A stretch of 64,000 bases of DNA from Pyrinomonadaceae bacterium (GTDB lineage Bacteria; Acidobacteriota; Blastocatellia; Pyrinomonadales; Pyrinomonadaceae). The notes under the pieces are model-generated. The model saw only the letters and a program-made list of their open reading frames with translations, had not been told where the DNA came from and made no database searches. The DNA is taken from NCBI GenBank assembly GCA_041745075.1, contig JBGTJP010000007.1, positions 1,186 through 65,185 of the forward strand, written 5' to 3'. The translations under genes and the position numbers were made by a program. Shown in pieces: positions 39,019-49,709 of the stretch; the first letter of the stretch is position 1, and each line of letters opens with the position of its first letter.

Positions 39019-40395
39019 TTAAAACAATTCATCCATTGCCTCTTCCAGGTTTCTCACACCGACAACCCGGATTCCCAACAGCTTTTCAAGGCCTTTTTTA
39101 TTCGATTCAGGCAGGACGAGTTTCTTAAAGCCAAGTGTTTGGGCCTCGCGGGCCCGCGATTGGGCCTGGAGGACGCCGCGGACCTCGCCGGTTAGCCCGA
39201 CTTCGCCAAATACTGCTGTTTCGGGGTCGATCTCAAGATTACGGAAACTTGACGCGATCGCGGCGATAATGCCAAGGTCCGCGGCCGGTTCGTCGATCTC
39301 GAGGCCGCCCGCGATATTTATAAAAACATCGTCGCCGGCAAGCTGAAAACCGAGGCGTTTTTCGAGCACCGCGATCAGCAGTGAAGTGCGATTGTAATCA
39401 AACCCCTGCGCCATCCTGCGTCCCGACGCCGATTTTGTCCCGCTGACTAACGCCTGTACCTCGACAAGCATCGGGCGCGTTCCTTCCATACAAACGGTTA
39501 CGACCGAGCCGCTTGCACCCTCTGGACGTTCCTGAAGAAATAATTCCGACGGATTGCCGACCGGGACCAATCCAGTGTTGGTCATCTCAAATACTCCGAT
39601 CTCGTTCGCGGCGCCAAAGCGGTTCTTTGTCGCCCGGATTATCCTGTGATTGTGATGACGGTCGCCTTCGAAATAGAGCACCGTATCGACGATGTGCTCC
39701 AATGTTTTCGGCCCCGCGATCGAGCCGTCTTTTGTCACGTGTCCGGTCAGAAAAACCGGCGTCCCGGTCTGCTTCGCAAACAGCATAAATTGGCCGGCGA
39801 CGTCGCGGACCTGCGAAACGCTGCCCGGCGCCGATTCTATCCGTTCGCTGAAAACCGTCTGGATCGAATCGACTATCACAAGGTCGGGCCCGATATTTTC
39901 CACCACGCCCAGTATCGATTGCAGATTTGTTTCCGGCAGCAAAAGCAGATTATCGGCGATAAGCCCAAGCCGCTCGCCCCGCATTTTTATCTGCCGTTCG
40001 GACTCCTCGCCCGACACATACAGCACCTTTGCACCGGACGCGCTCAACCGGTCGGCCATTTGGATAACGATGGTCGATTTGCCAATACCCGGCGATCCGC
40101 CTATCAAAACCAGCGATCCGGCAACGATGCCTCCGCCAAGCACGCGGTCAAGCTCTTCGATTCCCGATGACGTGCGGGCATCGTCCTGCGATTCGATGTC
40201 GGGGAATGAAACTGCGTCTTTCCGGGCAAAAGCGCCCGAGAATCCGCCGATCGCACTTCCGTTATGCGATGTCGGGCGAAAGCGTTCCTCGACCGCCGTG
40301 CCCGCTTGATCGCATTCGGGGCAAACACCAAAAAATTTGCGGGCCTGTCCGCCGCAGTTCTGACAAACAAAAATTGTCGCGGGATGTTTTGCCAT
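39019..40395 (-). CDS. radA: DNA repair protein RadA/Sms
   Basis: N-terminal zinc finger CQNCG...CPEC, Walker A GGSPGIGKST, the KNRFG motif and a Lon-like C-terminal domain. Start at MAKHPATIF (40395). Confidence 0.95.
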   Translation of the reverse strand: MAKHPATIFVCQNCGGQARKFFGVCPECDQAGTAVEERFRPTSHNGSAIGGFSGAFARKDAVSFPDIESQDDARTSSGIEELDRVLGGGIVAGSLVLIGGSPGIGKSTIVIQMADRLSASGAKVLYVSGEESERQIKMRGERLGLIADNLLLLPETNLQSILGVVENIGPDLVIVDSIQTVFSERIESAPGSVSQVRDVAGQFMLFAKQTGTPVFLTGHVTKDGSIAGPKTLEHIVDTVLYFEGDRHHNHRIIRATKNRFGAANEIGVFEMTNTGLVPVGNPSELFLQERPEGASGSVVTVCMEGTRPMLVEVQALVSGTKSASGRRMAQGFDYNRTSLLIAVLEKRLGFQLAGDDVFINIAGGLEIDEPAADLGIIAAIASSFRNLEIDPETAVFGEVGLTGEVRGVLQAQSRAREAQTLGFKKLVLPESNKKGLEKLLGIRVVGVRNLEEAMDELF

Positions 40396-40684
40396 GATTT
40401 TAGGAAAATGATACACCCGCCGGCACGTGCACCGGAAACCTAATTTTGGAAAGAAAGGCGTGTTCTTATCCGAATTGAAAGACTTAATCAGCATCTCGCT
40501 CGAACTCAGGTCTGAAATTCACACCCGAATCGTTGTTTTGGAAACCATTGCGGCGTCCGAATTATTGGATACTGTGAAAGTAACCTCTGATCGCGTGTGT
40601 TTGCCCAGACCTGGACGGGGATGTAATACAAAAAGGGAAGACATTGCCCGGCCTATTGGGTTTCGTGGTAGAATTTTGATTGGG

Positions 40685-41839
40685 ATGAAACTTGACGTGC
40701 TAATAATAAGGATAGCGTTTGTTAGCCTGCTTGTGCTTTTGGCCTACGTTCTAAATCCATTTGAACGGACGCAGCGATTCGGGTTGTCTCAGATTGGCGA
40801 CCAAAACCTCCGGCACATGCTCTCGGCGTTTCTTGGCCTTATCGTCGGGTTATTCATTATCGCTTTTGAAATGCGTGTCCGACGGGCCTCGCTAAAAACC
40901 CTGATCGGAGCGGCGATCGGTTCTATTCTAGGTATTATCGGGGCATTTCTGATCGGCGTCCTGATCTCGATCCAAAAAGAAGCAGCGGTTTCGGCCGAAA
41001 TGCAGACATTTCTTACCATCTCGCTCGCTTTCTTTATGGGCTATGTCGGCCTGATGGTTGGGGCGGCGAAGGGCGAATATCTCGACCTTTCGGCACTTGG
41101 CGGAATATTTAGCGACAAAAATTTAAAACGCGATTACAAGATCCTCGATACATCGGTCATTATCGACGGCCGCATTGCCGACGTTTCAGAAACGGGTTTC
41201 CTCGGCGGCACGCTTATCATTCCAAATTTTATCTTGGCTGAATTGCAGCAGGTCGCCGATTCGGCGGATTCGTCAAAACGACAACGCGGGCGACGCGGCC
41301 TGGATATGCTCCAGCGGCTTCGCAATAACAGTAAGCTGGATATCCAGATACTTGAACAGGACTTTCCGGCGGTCAAAGAGGTCGATCTTAAGCTGATCGA
41401 GCTCGGTAAACAGCTTGACGCGGTCATTGTTACCAACGATTTCAATCTGAACAAAGTTTCGCAATTGCGCGGCGTTTCGGTCCTGAATATTAACGAACTT
41501 GCCAACGCCCTCAAACCCGTCGTCCTTCCGGGCGAAGCAATGCGGGTGTTCGTGCTTAAAGAAGGCAAAGAATACAACCAGGGAGTTGCGTATCTAGATG
41601 ACGGAACGATGGTTGTGGTCGATAACGCCCGCAAGCTGATCGGCAAAACCGCCGACATCGCGGTGACCAGCGTTCTTCAGACGACAGCCGGCAAGATGAT
41701 CTTCGGCCGCCTCTGGGAAGAAAAGGGCGAAGAACACTCCGAAAGCAATATGGGCGTACATGATTCGCGTTCGCTCGGTTTTCGCAAGGCGACCCGCGAG
41801 CTGAGACAGACCACCATAATTGAAGAGCTGGACGGTTAG
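40685..41839 (+). CDS. membrane-anchored PIN/TRAM-domain protein (YacL-like)
   Basis: N-terminal transmembrane segments, a PIN region (KILDTSVIIDGRI...) and a C-terminal TRAM-like segment. It sits in the conserved position next to radA and ispD. Confidence 0.82.
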   Translation: MKLDVLIIRIAFVSLLVLLAYVLNPFERTQRFGLSQIGDQNLRHMLSAFLGLIVGLFIIAFEMRVRRASLKTLIGAAIGSILGIIGAFLIGVLISIQKEAAVSAEMQTFLTISLAFFMGYVGLMVGAAKGEYLDLSALGGIFSDKNLKRDYKILDTSVIIDGRIADVSETGFLGGTLIIPNFILAELQQVADSADSSKRQRGRRGLDMLQRLRNNSKLDIQILEQDFPAVKEVDLKLIELGKQLDAVIVTNDFNLNKVSQLRGVSVLNINELANALKPVVLPGEAMRVFVLKEGKEYNQGVAYLDDGTMVVVDNARKLIGKTADIAVTSVLQTTAGKMIFGRLWEEKGEEHSESNMGVHDSRSLGFRKATRELRQTTIIEELDG

Positions 41840-41866
41840 TTTGTTTTTGTCATAATCTTCACGGAA

Positions 41867-42544
41867 ATGAACACAGCCATCATCGTCGCCGCGGGCAGTG
41901 GAGAGCGGTTCGGTTCCGACATTCCTAAACAATTTATTGAGATCAACGGCAAGCCGGTCATTGTGCATACGCTTGAACGTTTTCAGGCCGCGCCATCGGT
42001 CGATTCGATCATTCTTGTCCTTGCAAAAGATCAGATCGCTGCTTTTGAATCGAAACAAAGCGATTTCGCAAAACTGTCCAGTATCGTTGCCGGCGGCAAA
42101 ACGCGGGCACGATCGGTCCTGAACGGTTTGAACGCGGTCGCCGAAACGTGCGAAATAGTTGCCGTGCATGACGGTGCACGTCCGCTCGTTTCCGTCGATG
42201 AGATCGAACGGACGATCGCGAAAGCCAAAGAGACAGGTGCTGCCTGTTTGGTCTCGCCGGTTAACGACACGATCAAATCGATAAGCGGAGCGGAGATAGC
42301 CGCAACGCTCGACCGTGATAAACTGCGTCGAGCATTGACGCCGCAGGCGTTCAAACTTGACGTCCTGAAACGCGCGTTCGAATTCGCCGATCTTAGCGGG
42401 GCGGTCACCGACGAATGCTATTTGGTTGAAAAACTCGGCCATCCGATAGCGATAGTCGAGGGAAGTTCAGCTAATATTAAGATAACGCACCTTGACGATC
42501 TGGCCCTTGCTACAGTCCTTATGCAACGCACCAAGTCCGGCTAA
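41867..42544 (+). CDS. ispD: 2-C-methyl-D-erythritol 4-phosphate cytidylyltransferase
   Basis: IIVAAGSGERFG N-terminal motif, 225 aa. Confidence 0.9.
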   Translation: MNTAIIVAAGSGERFGSDIPKQFIEINGKPVIVHTLERFQAAPSVDSIILVLAKDQIAAFESKQSDFAKLSSIVAGGKTRARSVLNGLNAVAETCEIVAVHDGARPLVSVDEIERTIAKAKETGAACLVSPVNDTIKSISGAEIAATLDRDKLRRALTPQAFKLDVLKRAFEFADLSGAVTDECYLVEKLGHPIAIVEGSSANIKITHLDDLALATVLMQRTKSG

Positions 42545-42675
42545 TCATTGACTGCGACGTCTACTATTTTATCGGATCTTAATAGTTCAAGAATCTAATG
42601 TTGATAGTGCAGGATACGTCAATATCTTAGTGCGGTGCGGGCTGAAGATCAAAATATATTGTTGGAAAAGTCAGG

Positions 42676-43329
42676 ATGAAACCAAGGATAAAGATCTGCT
42701 GCATTGCCAACGAGAAAGAGGCGGCGGACGCTATTGGTTTTGGGGCTTCGGCGATCGGATTGGTCGGTGATATGCCTTCGGGGCCGGGGCCGATCTCCGA
42801 TTCGAAGATGCTGCGCATCGCTCAAACCGTGCCGCCGCCGGTTGCGACGTTTTTGCTTACAAGTAAACAGACGGCTGAAGGCATCATCGATCATCACCAC
42901 CGGACTAGAACGAACACGATCCAGATCGTTGATGAGTTGGAAGGCCGCGATTATGGAACGATCCGTGCATCGCTACCCGGAGTCAAATTGGTACAGGTCG
43001 TTCATGTCCGCGGCGAATGGTCGGTCAATGAAGCGTGTGAGATTGCCGAACATGTTGATGCGATCTTGCTGGACAGCGGGAATCCACGACTCGCTGTCAA
43101 AGAATTGGGCGGCACGGGCCGCAGGCATGATTGGGGGTTGAGCCGCAAGATCGTTGAGACGTGCGGCAAACCGGTGTTTCTGGCAGGCGGGCTGAACGCA
43201 GGGAATGTGCGGGAAGCGATCGAGACGGTGCAGCCGTTCGGGGTCGATCTATGCTCGGGTGTTCGAACTGACGGAAGGCTTGATCTTAGGAAGCTCGAGG
43301 CGTTCTTTGCGGCGGTTGGGGGTGCCTAG
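42676..43329 (+). CDS. trpF: phosphoribosylanthranilate isomerase
   Basis: MKPRIKICCI... TIM-barrel TrpF pattern, with ...FLAGGLN... near the C-terminus. Confidence 0.82.
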   Translation: MKPRIKICCIANEKEAADAIGFGASAIGLVGDMPSGPGPISDSKMLRIAQTVPPPVATFLLTSKQTAEGIIDHHHRTRTNTIQIVDELEGRDYGTIRASLPGVKLVQVVHVRGEWSVNEACEIAEHVDAILLDSGNPRLAVKELGGTGRRHDWGLSRKIVETCGKPVFLAGGLNAGNVREAIETVQPFGVDLCSGVRTDGRLDLRKLEAFFAAVGGA

Positions 43330-43382
43330 AGATCCTGGGGGCTTTGTTTGGCGACGTGGTGCTTGTTTTCAGCGCAGACTCG

Positions 43383-43991
43383 CTACCTCTCGTGTTTCCG
43401 TCTGTTGTCAATAAAATCCGACGGGTCCAGCCAGCCGGTTTGATCGGTTGAATAGCCTCCGCCCGGGCGGTCCCAGTCTCTTGAACTATCGTCGCGCAGT
43501 TCGAGATGTAGATGGCAGAGATATTTTCCGTTCGCGCTGCCGATCTTTCCGATCTGCTCGCGCTTCAACACTTCGCCGGACGTTTTGAGAATTTCCAGCA
43601 TGTGGCCGTAGAGCGACTGAACCCGGCTGCCGTCGGGCAGCGTGTGCGTAATAATGACGACGTTACCCCAGCCGGGCCCTGCATCGGCGGCATAGGTTAT
43701 CACCCCGCTGCCAACAGCATATACGGCCTCACCGCAGTCGGAATTACCGCCAGTGTTCTTATTCCAATCCTCGCCCAGATGGTTCTCTTCACCAAAATCG
43801 AGAGCATTGTACCATTCGTCCTTTGTATCTTTTTGTGGCGTGACCCACCCCTTTTCGCTTATCGGGTAAGCGAACGACTCAGCGACGACAGTCGATGGCG
43901 TTTGCGGGCCCGATCCCGTGTTTAGCGGGGCGATGTGTTTTGTGCAGCAAAGCAGACTAAGTGCCGCCGCGATTGGGATGATAAGCTTCAT
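43383..43991 (-). CDS. M23-family metallopeptidase, predicted lipoprotein
   Basis: HLGEDW ... GHM ... CHLHLEL zinc-ligand pattern. Lipobox MKLIIPIAAALSLLCC at the chosen start (43991). Confidence 0.78.
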   Translation of the reverse strand: MKLIIPIAAALSLLCCTKHIAPLNTGSGPQTPSTVVAESFAYPISEKGWVTPQKDTKDEWYNALDFGEENHLGEDWNKNTGGNSDCGEAVYAVGSGVITYAADAGPGWGNVVIITHTLPDGSRVQSLYGHMLEILKTSGEVLKREQIGKIGSANGKYLCHLHLELRDDSSRDWDRPGGGYSTDQTGWLDPSDFIDNRRKHER

Positions 43992-44098
43992 GAATGCCAT
44001 AAATGCCGTGATCGTTTTGTATGTTACCCGACCTTGCGAATATACTGAACAAAAAGTTGGTGAATTCGGCCACTCGCTGAGACCGGTGGTATTGAAGT

Positions 44099-45028
44099 AT
44101 GACGACAAAGATCGATTGGATGCAGGGCTGTGCGACGGCGCTTGTGACGCCGTTTCGGAAGAACGGGTCGATCGATGACGCGTGTTTCAAGGCGCTTGTC
44201 GAGCGTCAGATAAGAAACGGCGTGAAGCTGCTGGTGCCGTGCGGAACGACGGGCGAGAGCGCGACCATGTCCGAGGCCGAACGGCTGCACGTTATCCGAA
44301 TGACAGTTGAGGCTGCTAACCGCGGAACTTCGAGCCGTTTGCAAGCGGGACGCTTGCGGTCCGGTTATGTCATTGCCGGGACCGGAAGCAACAATACGGC
44401 AGCCACCATCGATTTTACCCGCAAGGCACGCGAGGCCGGGGCCGATGCGGCATTGATCGTGGCTCCTTATTACAACAAGCCGACGCAGGATGGAATGCTC
44501 GCCCATTTTTCCGAGATCGCGCGGTCTGTAAAGGGTTTTCCGATAATGCTTTACAATGTTCCTTCGCGGACGGCAGTGAATATTTCCGCGGAAACGACGC
44601 TAAAGCTGGCGGCCAAATACGACAACATTGTTGCCACGAAAGAAGCGTCGGGCAATTACTCGCAGGTGATGGAGATCATCGCGAACCGGCCAAAAAACTT
44701 CAAGGTCTTTTCCGGCGACGATGCGTCGGCGTTGCCGCTGATAGCACTCGGCGCCGACGGACTGGTTTCGGTTTGTGCGAATGAGCTGCCGAAGGAAACG
44801 TCGCGGATGATCGAAAAGGCACTGGACGGCGCCCAGACGGCGGCGAGAAAGCTGCACTATCAACTATTGCCGCTGATGGAGGCGAACTTTATCGAATCGT
44901 CACCCGCTCCACTTAAGTTTGTGATGAGAGAGATGGGATTGCTTGAAGAAAATCTGCGACTGCCGCTGGTGCCGGTAACGATAGAATCGCAAGCGAAATT
45001 AAGACCGGTTCTGAACGAGCTTCGTTAG
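44099..45028 (+). CDS. dapA: 4-hydroxy-tetrahydrodipicolinate synthase
   Basis: ...VPCGTTGES..., ...VIAGTGSNNT..., ...YNVPSRT..., ...KEASG... motifs. Confidence 0.9.
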   Translation: MTTKIDWMQGCATALVTPFRKNGSIDDACFKALVERQIRNGVKLLVPCGTTGESATMSEAERLHVIRMTVEAANRGTSSRLQAGRLRSGYVIAGTGSNNTAATIDFTRKAREAGADAALIVAPYYNKPTQDGMLAHFSEIARSVKGFPIMLYNVPSRTAVNISAETTLKLAAKYDNIVATKEASGNYSQVMEIIANRPKNFKVFSGDDASALPLIALGADGLVSVCANELPKETSRMIEKALDGAQTAARKLHYQLLPLMEANFIESSPAPLKFVMREMGLLEENLRLPLVPVTIESQAKLRPVLNELR

Positions 45029-45094
45029 GGGTACGCGGTAAGATCAAAGCGAATGTTGGGTAAAGTCTCGGATCGCAACTTAAAGGAACTTGAA

Positions 45095-46255
45095 ATGAAA
45101 AGATCGATCGCTTGGGCGCTTGCCGCCGTTTTGGTCATTGTTATGCCTGCCTCATCTCAGTCAACAAAGCCGCGAGCCCGCGATGTGGGCGTTCCGTCTG
45201 ACGGAACCACCGGAAAATTCAACGCTATCACAGATGTAGGCGGCCTGGAGGTCGGCTTTACGACCTTGATCTCGGGCGACGGGAAGAGCGCCGTCCGAAC
45301 CGGCGTTACGGCGATCCTGCCGCAGGGAAAAGATAAGGCGTCCGCACTTTTTGGCGGCTGGTTTACATTGAACGGAAACGGCGAAATGACCGGAACGACA
45401 TGGTTGGAAGAGTCGGGCGGTTTTGGCGGGCCGGTGATGATAACGAATACGCACAGCGTTGGCGTCGTGCGCGATGCCGTGATCGAATGGGGCACTAAGC
45501 GGAGCCAGCGAAAGGGATATTCGGGTGACTACAGCCTGCCGGTCGTCGCGGAAACCTGGGACGGATTCCTGAATGATATCAACGGTTTTCACGTAAAGAA
45601 AGAGCACGTGTTTGCCGCCCTTGACGGAGCAAAAACCGGCCCTGTAAGCGAGGGGAACGTCGGTGGCGGCACCGGTATGATCGCCCACGGTTTTAAGGGT
45701 GGAACGGGAACATCATCACGTGTCCTGACGGCCGAACAAGGCGGTTACACCGTCGGGGTTTTGGTACAGGCAAACTATGGAGCCCGCCGGCTGCTGAAGA
45801 TCGCGGGTGTTCCGGTGGGGAAAGAGATCACAGACCTGATGCCGGCGGAGGGCAAGGGCGATAATGATTCCGGATCGATAATTGTGATCGTCGCGACCGA
45901 CGCCCCGCTTTTGCCCCATCAGCTTAAACGCATTGCGAAACGAGCATCGCTCGGGATAGGCTTGATGGGCGGCACGGGAGGCAATTCATCGGGTGATATA
46001 TTTCTCGCGTTCTCAACCGCAAATTCCGCCGCCGCCGCGAAGGAGACGGGAATAGCGGAAGCGGCGTTTCTTCCGAATGAACGGATCAATCCACTGTTTG
46101 AAGCAACCATCCAGGCGACCGAAGAAGCGATCGTGAATGCGATGATCGCTGCCGAGACAATGTCGGGCCGGAACGGGAATACTGTTTTTGCCTTGCCGCA
46201 CGACCGTTTGAGGCAGGCGTTGAAAAAGTACGGACGTTTGGCGGAAATAAAATAG
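45095..46255 (+). CDS. DmpA/S58 (P1) family aminopeptidase, exported
   Basis: Signal peptide and the ...GVTAILP..., ...GGGTGM..., ...VATDAPL... pattern of DmpA-like Ntn hydrolases. Confidence 0.82.
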   Translation: MKRSIAWALAAVLVIVMPASSQSTKPRARDVGVPSDGTTGKFNAITDVGGLEVGFTTLISGDGKSAVRTGVTAILPQGKDKASALFGGWFTLNGNGEMTGTTWLEESGGFGGPVMITNTHSVGVVRDAVIEWGTKRSQRKGYSGDYSLPVVAETWDGFLNDINGFHVKKEHVFAALDGAKTGPVSEGNVGGGTGMIAHGFKGGTGTSSRVLTAEQGGYTVGVLVQANYGARRLLKIAGVPVGKEITDLMPAEGKGDNDSGSIIVIVATDAPLLPHQLKRIAKRASLGIGLMGGTGGNSSGDIFLAFSTANSAAAAKETGIAEAAFLPNERINPLFEATIQATEEAIVNAMIAAETMSGRNGNTVFALPHDRLRQALKKYGRLAEIK

Positions 46256-46287
46256 CCGTCAAAGAGAAGCGTTTTTTACGAAGATCA

Positions 46288-46803
46288 ATGGGACGTACAA
46301 CATCGCAAGCCCTCATCGGCGAAACTGCACCGGATTTTGAGCTGACGGCGAACACCGGTGAGACTTGGCGGCTGTCCGATCAGCTTGGGAGCGTGGTCGC
46401 TTTGTTGTTTTATCCGGGTGACGAAACGCTGGTTTGTACGAGGCAGCTTTGCTCGGTTCGTGAGCATTGGGAAGATTATCTGAGGACCAAAGCGACGATC
46501 ATCGGCGTTTCGCCGGGTTCGCCCGAGCAGCACAGTGCCTTCGCCGAGCATCACCGATTGCCGATACATCTTCTAGCGGATGAGGATCGCGTCGTGACTG
46601 AAACTTACAGTTCGCACTGGCTGTTTCCGACTTTCTTTATGCGGTCGATAGTGATCGTTGATGCGAAAGGATTTGTCCGTACACGCCGCTCAATGCTGCG
46701 GGCATTCAGGCCGACCGACCGTTCGGTAATTACCTCGATCTATGCCGCTCGCGGAGACGCTTTGCAAGACAAGTTCGAAAAGCCTACGAAAAAAAGTATT
46801 TGA
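46288..46803 (+). CDS. peroxiredoxin (Bcp/AhpC-TSA family)
   Basis: APDFEL... and FYPGDETLVCTRQLC, containing the peroxidatic Cys. Confidence 0.8.
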   Translation: MGRTTSQALIGETAPDFELTANTGETWRLSDQLGSVVALLFYPGDETLVCTRQLCSVREHWEDYLRTKATIIGVSPGSPEQHSAFAEHHRLPIHLLADEDRVVTETYSSHWLFPTFFMRSIVIVDAKGFVRTRRSMLRAFRPTDRSVITSIYAARGDALQDKFEKPTKKSI

Positions 46804-46818
46804 TGTCGATAAAAGTAA

Positions 46819-47649
46819 ATGAATCTTGAACAACGAATAAGCGAGCTTGCGGCGAAATCCGAATTCGACGATGACGACCGCGCGGTCTATGGAAAATTCA
46901 AATCTGCGCTTCGCCGCGGCGAGATACGTTCGGCGGAGAAAGATGCTGACGGGAATTGGCATGCGAACACGTGGGTGAAGCAGGGAATTTTGCTTGGCTT
47001 TCGGATGGGCAAGATGGTCGAGATGTCGAAAGCCACGGAGACGCTGCAGTTTTTTGATAAGGACACGTTTCCGCTAAGGCCGATGACGCTTGATGACGGC
47101 ATAAGGATCGTGATGGGCGGATCGGCGATACGTGACGGCTGTTACGTGGCACCGGGCGTAGTGGTTGTACCGCCTGCGTATATAAATGTCGGAGCTTACG
47201 TCGATGAAGGCACGATGGTCGATTCGCACGCTTTGGTCGGAAGCTGTGCACAGATCGGCAAACGGGTTCATCTATCGGCCGCCGCACAGATCGGCGGCGT
47301 GCTTGAGCCGGTCGGAGCGGTTCCTGTGATAATCGAGGATGACGTTCTTGTCGGCGGGAATACCGGAATTTACGAAGGCACAATTGTCCGCGAACGGGCC
47401 GTTTTGGCCTCAGGCGTAATTCTGACGCGCTCGACGCCGTTGTTCGATCTGCCCAATCAACGCATCATCAAATCAGCCGGCGAAAATCCCCTCGAAGTTC
47501 CTGCGGGAGCCGTCGTCGTCCAGGGTTCCCGTGCAATATCGAGCGGCTTCGGTGAGGAAAACGGCCTTTCAATTTACTGCCCGATAATCGTTAAATACCG
47601 CGATGAAAAGACCGACACTTCCACCAAACTCGAGGACTATCTGCGATAA
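46819..47649 (+). CDS. dapD: 2,3,4,5-tetrahydropyridine-2,6-dicarboxylate N-succinyltransferase
   Basis: 276 aa with a DapD N-terminal domain followed by hexapeptide repeats. Confidence 0.88.
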   Translation: MNLEQRISELAAKSEFDDDDRAVYGKFKSALRRGEIRSAEKDADGNWHANTWVKQGILLGFRMGKMVEMSKATETLQFFDKDTFPLRPMTLDDGIRIVMGGSAIRDGCYVAPGVVVVPPAYINVGAYVDEGTMVDSHALVGSCAQIGKRVHLSAAAQIGGVLEPVGAVPVIIEDDVLVGGNTGIYEGTIVRERAVLASGVILTRSTPLFDLPNQRIIKSAGENPLEVPAGAVVVQGSRAISSGFGEENGLSIYCPIIVKYRDEKTDTSTKLEDYLR

Positions 47650-47658
47650 TCGTTTCAA

Positions 47659-48555
47659 GTGACAGATGCCATAGAAGTCATAGTCAATACAGGCTCCGGC
47701 AGCCTCCTTGAGGGCGAGACCGAGGACAGTCTGCGTAATAGGTTCATTGCTTATGGTATTTCCGTAAACGTCAGTTTTGTCGAGACGGGAGCTGAGATCG
47801 CGGAACATGCGCGCCGAGCGGCGAATGGCAGTGCGGATGTCGTTGTCGCGGGGGGAGGAGATGGAACTATCGGTGCCGTCGCGGCTGAGATCTATGTGGC
47901 GGGCAAGACGCTTGCGGTTCTTCCGCTCGGTACGCTTAATAATTTCTCTAAGGACCTCGGGATCCCGCAATCGCTTGACGGTGCGATCGAGGTCATTGCC
48001 GGCCGCAGATCGGAATCGATCGACTTGGCCGAGGTCAACGGCCAAATTTTTATCAATAATTCAAGTATCGGCCTCTATCCGCAGATGGTCCGCAAGCGGG
48101 AACAGCAGCAGCGGCTAGGTTACGGAAAATGGCGCGCCGCCTTCTGGTCGTGGCTGCGAATCTTCCGGATCTCGCCATTTCTCAAAGTTAGTATCGAGAT
48201 AGATGGAAAGGAGTTTCGGCGAAAAACTCCATTTGTATTTGTCGGCAATAACGAATATGAAATGGACATTTACAACATCGGGCGGCGGATAAGCCTGGAC
48301 CGCGGAAGGCTGAGCATCTATTTTCTTCATCGAGGTGGCCGGTGGGGCGTAACCTCGCTTTTGCTGCGCACAGTTTTTCAGCGTCTTCGGCGCTGGCGCG
48401 ATTTTGAGGCGGTGAGTACCGACGAAATTACTATCGCGACCCGGAAAAATAATATTCTTGTGGCATTCGATGGCGAGATCGCTGTCATGGCGACGCCTTT
48501 AAAATACCGGACTCTCCCAAAGGCGTTGAAGGTGATAGTCCCCGTGAAAGAATGA
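47659..48555 (+). CDS. diacylglycerol/lipid kinase family protein (YegS/BmrU-like)
   Basis: VVAGGGDGTIG motif and NNFSKDLG. Confidence 0.85.
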   Translation: MTDAIEVIVNTGSGSLLEGETEDSLRNRFIAYGISVNVSFVETGAEIAEHARRAANGSADVVVAGGGDGTIGAVAAEIYVAGKTLAVLPLGTLNNFSKDLGIPQSLDGAIEVIAGRRSESIDLAEVNGQIFINNSSIGLYPQMVRKREQQQRLGYGKWRAAFWSWLRIFRISPFLKVSIEIDGKEFRRKTPFVFVGNNEYEMDIYNIGRRISLDRGRLSIYFLHRGGRWGVTSLLLRTVFQRLRRWRDFEAVSTDEITIATRKNNILVAFDGEIAVMATPLKYRTLPKALKVIVPVKE

Positions 48556-49385
48556 GAAAGATCGCACATATATCCGACGTTCATTTTGGCAAGGAAGACG
48601 CCCCTGTCGTTGAGCGCTTGGTCGAAAAGATAGCAGAGATCCGGCCGAACGTCACGGTTGTTTCGGGCGACCTTACACAGCGTGCCCGCAGCAGCCAGTT
48701 CGCGTCCGCCGGAGAGTTTCTTGACCGGCTGCCTAAGCCGCAGATCGTCGTTCCAGGTAATCATGATGTGCCGCTCTACAATTTGTTCGACCGGTTCGTA
48801 CGTCCGCTTCATAAATACGAACGGTTCATCACCCGCGATCTGGAGCCGTATTTTCAGGATGAGGAAATATCTATCATCGGCGTGAACACTTCGCGGTCGC
48901 TTACTGTAAAAGGCGGCCGGATAAACTCTGAGCAGGTAACAAAGATCCGCCAAAAAATGACGGGCGTTGATGACCGACTGCTTAAGGTCGTCGTGACGCA
49001 TCACCCTTTTGATGTGCCGGAAGGGCAGGATGATGACGACATAGTCGGCCAGGCGGAAAAAGCAATGCCGTTGATCGCGGAGAGTGGCGCGGATGTTTTC
49101 CTCGCAGGTCATTTGCACGTTAGCCACATAGGCAACTCCGCTCGGCGGTACAGACTCGAAAGCGGTCGGTCCGCGCTGATCATCCAAGCCGGCACTGCAG
49201 CATCCGTGCGGGGGCGGGGCGAAGAAAACTCATTTAATTTGCTCGAGTTCGAACACCCGTTCCTGATCGTTAGGCGCTTTCAATGCTCCCAACCCGAAAA
49301 CGGATTTCATTTGGCCGCGAGCGAGCGATTCTCTCAAACTGAACGGGGCTGGATCAGAATGGATCATTTACCGGAGCCTACCTAA
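48552..49385 (+). CDS. metallophosphoesterase
   Basis: ISDVHFG, SGDLT, PGNHD and THHP motifs. It has a 4-nt overlap with the upstream gene. Confidence 0.82.
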   Translation: MRKIAHISDVHFGKEDAPVVERLVEKIAEIRPNVTVVSGDLTQRARSSQFASAGEFLDRLPKPQIVVPGNHDVPLYNLFDRFVRPLHKYERFITRDLEPYFQDEEISIIGVNTSRSLTVKGGRINSEQVTKIRQKMTGVDDRLLKVVVTHHPFDVPEGQDDDDIVGQAEKAMPLIAESGADVFLAGHLHVSHIGNSARRYRLESGRSALIIQAGTAASVRGRGEENSFNLLEFEHPFLIVRRFQCSQPENGFHLAASERFSQTERGWIRMDHLPEPT

Positions 49386-49448
49386 AGGGAACGACAATTG
49401 ATTTGGAGCGATTTGAAGCAGCGCGTTTCGCTGATAAACTCTCTATCT

Positions 49449-49688
49449 ATGAGCCAGGAAACAGAGAGGTTGGAAAAACCGGACGATGACGGCCTTGCCG
49501 AAAAGTTATCAGGGTTTGGGCAGAAGATCATCGGCGAGATCGAGACGGTTGGCGGCATTTTGACGGGCGACCCGAATACGCAGGCCGAGGGTGAGTTTAA
49601 CGTCGAGGTCGGCGAGATCCGCGAAGAGATCGAAGATGATCTCGAGAAAAATGAGGAAAAAGCCGACGAAGGATCTCGGGCAGGCTGA
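49449..49688 (+). CDS. CsbD-like general stress protein
   Basis: ...GKIIGEIETVGGILTGDPNTQAEGE... is CsbD-like. The start at MSQETERL is uncertain. Confidence 0.55.
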   Translation: MSQETERLEKPDDDGLAEKLSGFGQKIIGEIETVGGILTGDPNTQAEGEFNVEVGEIREEIEDDLEKNEEKADEGSRAG

Positions 49689-49709
49689 AGTTGGTAGTGA
49701 AAGGCCGAT

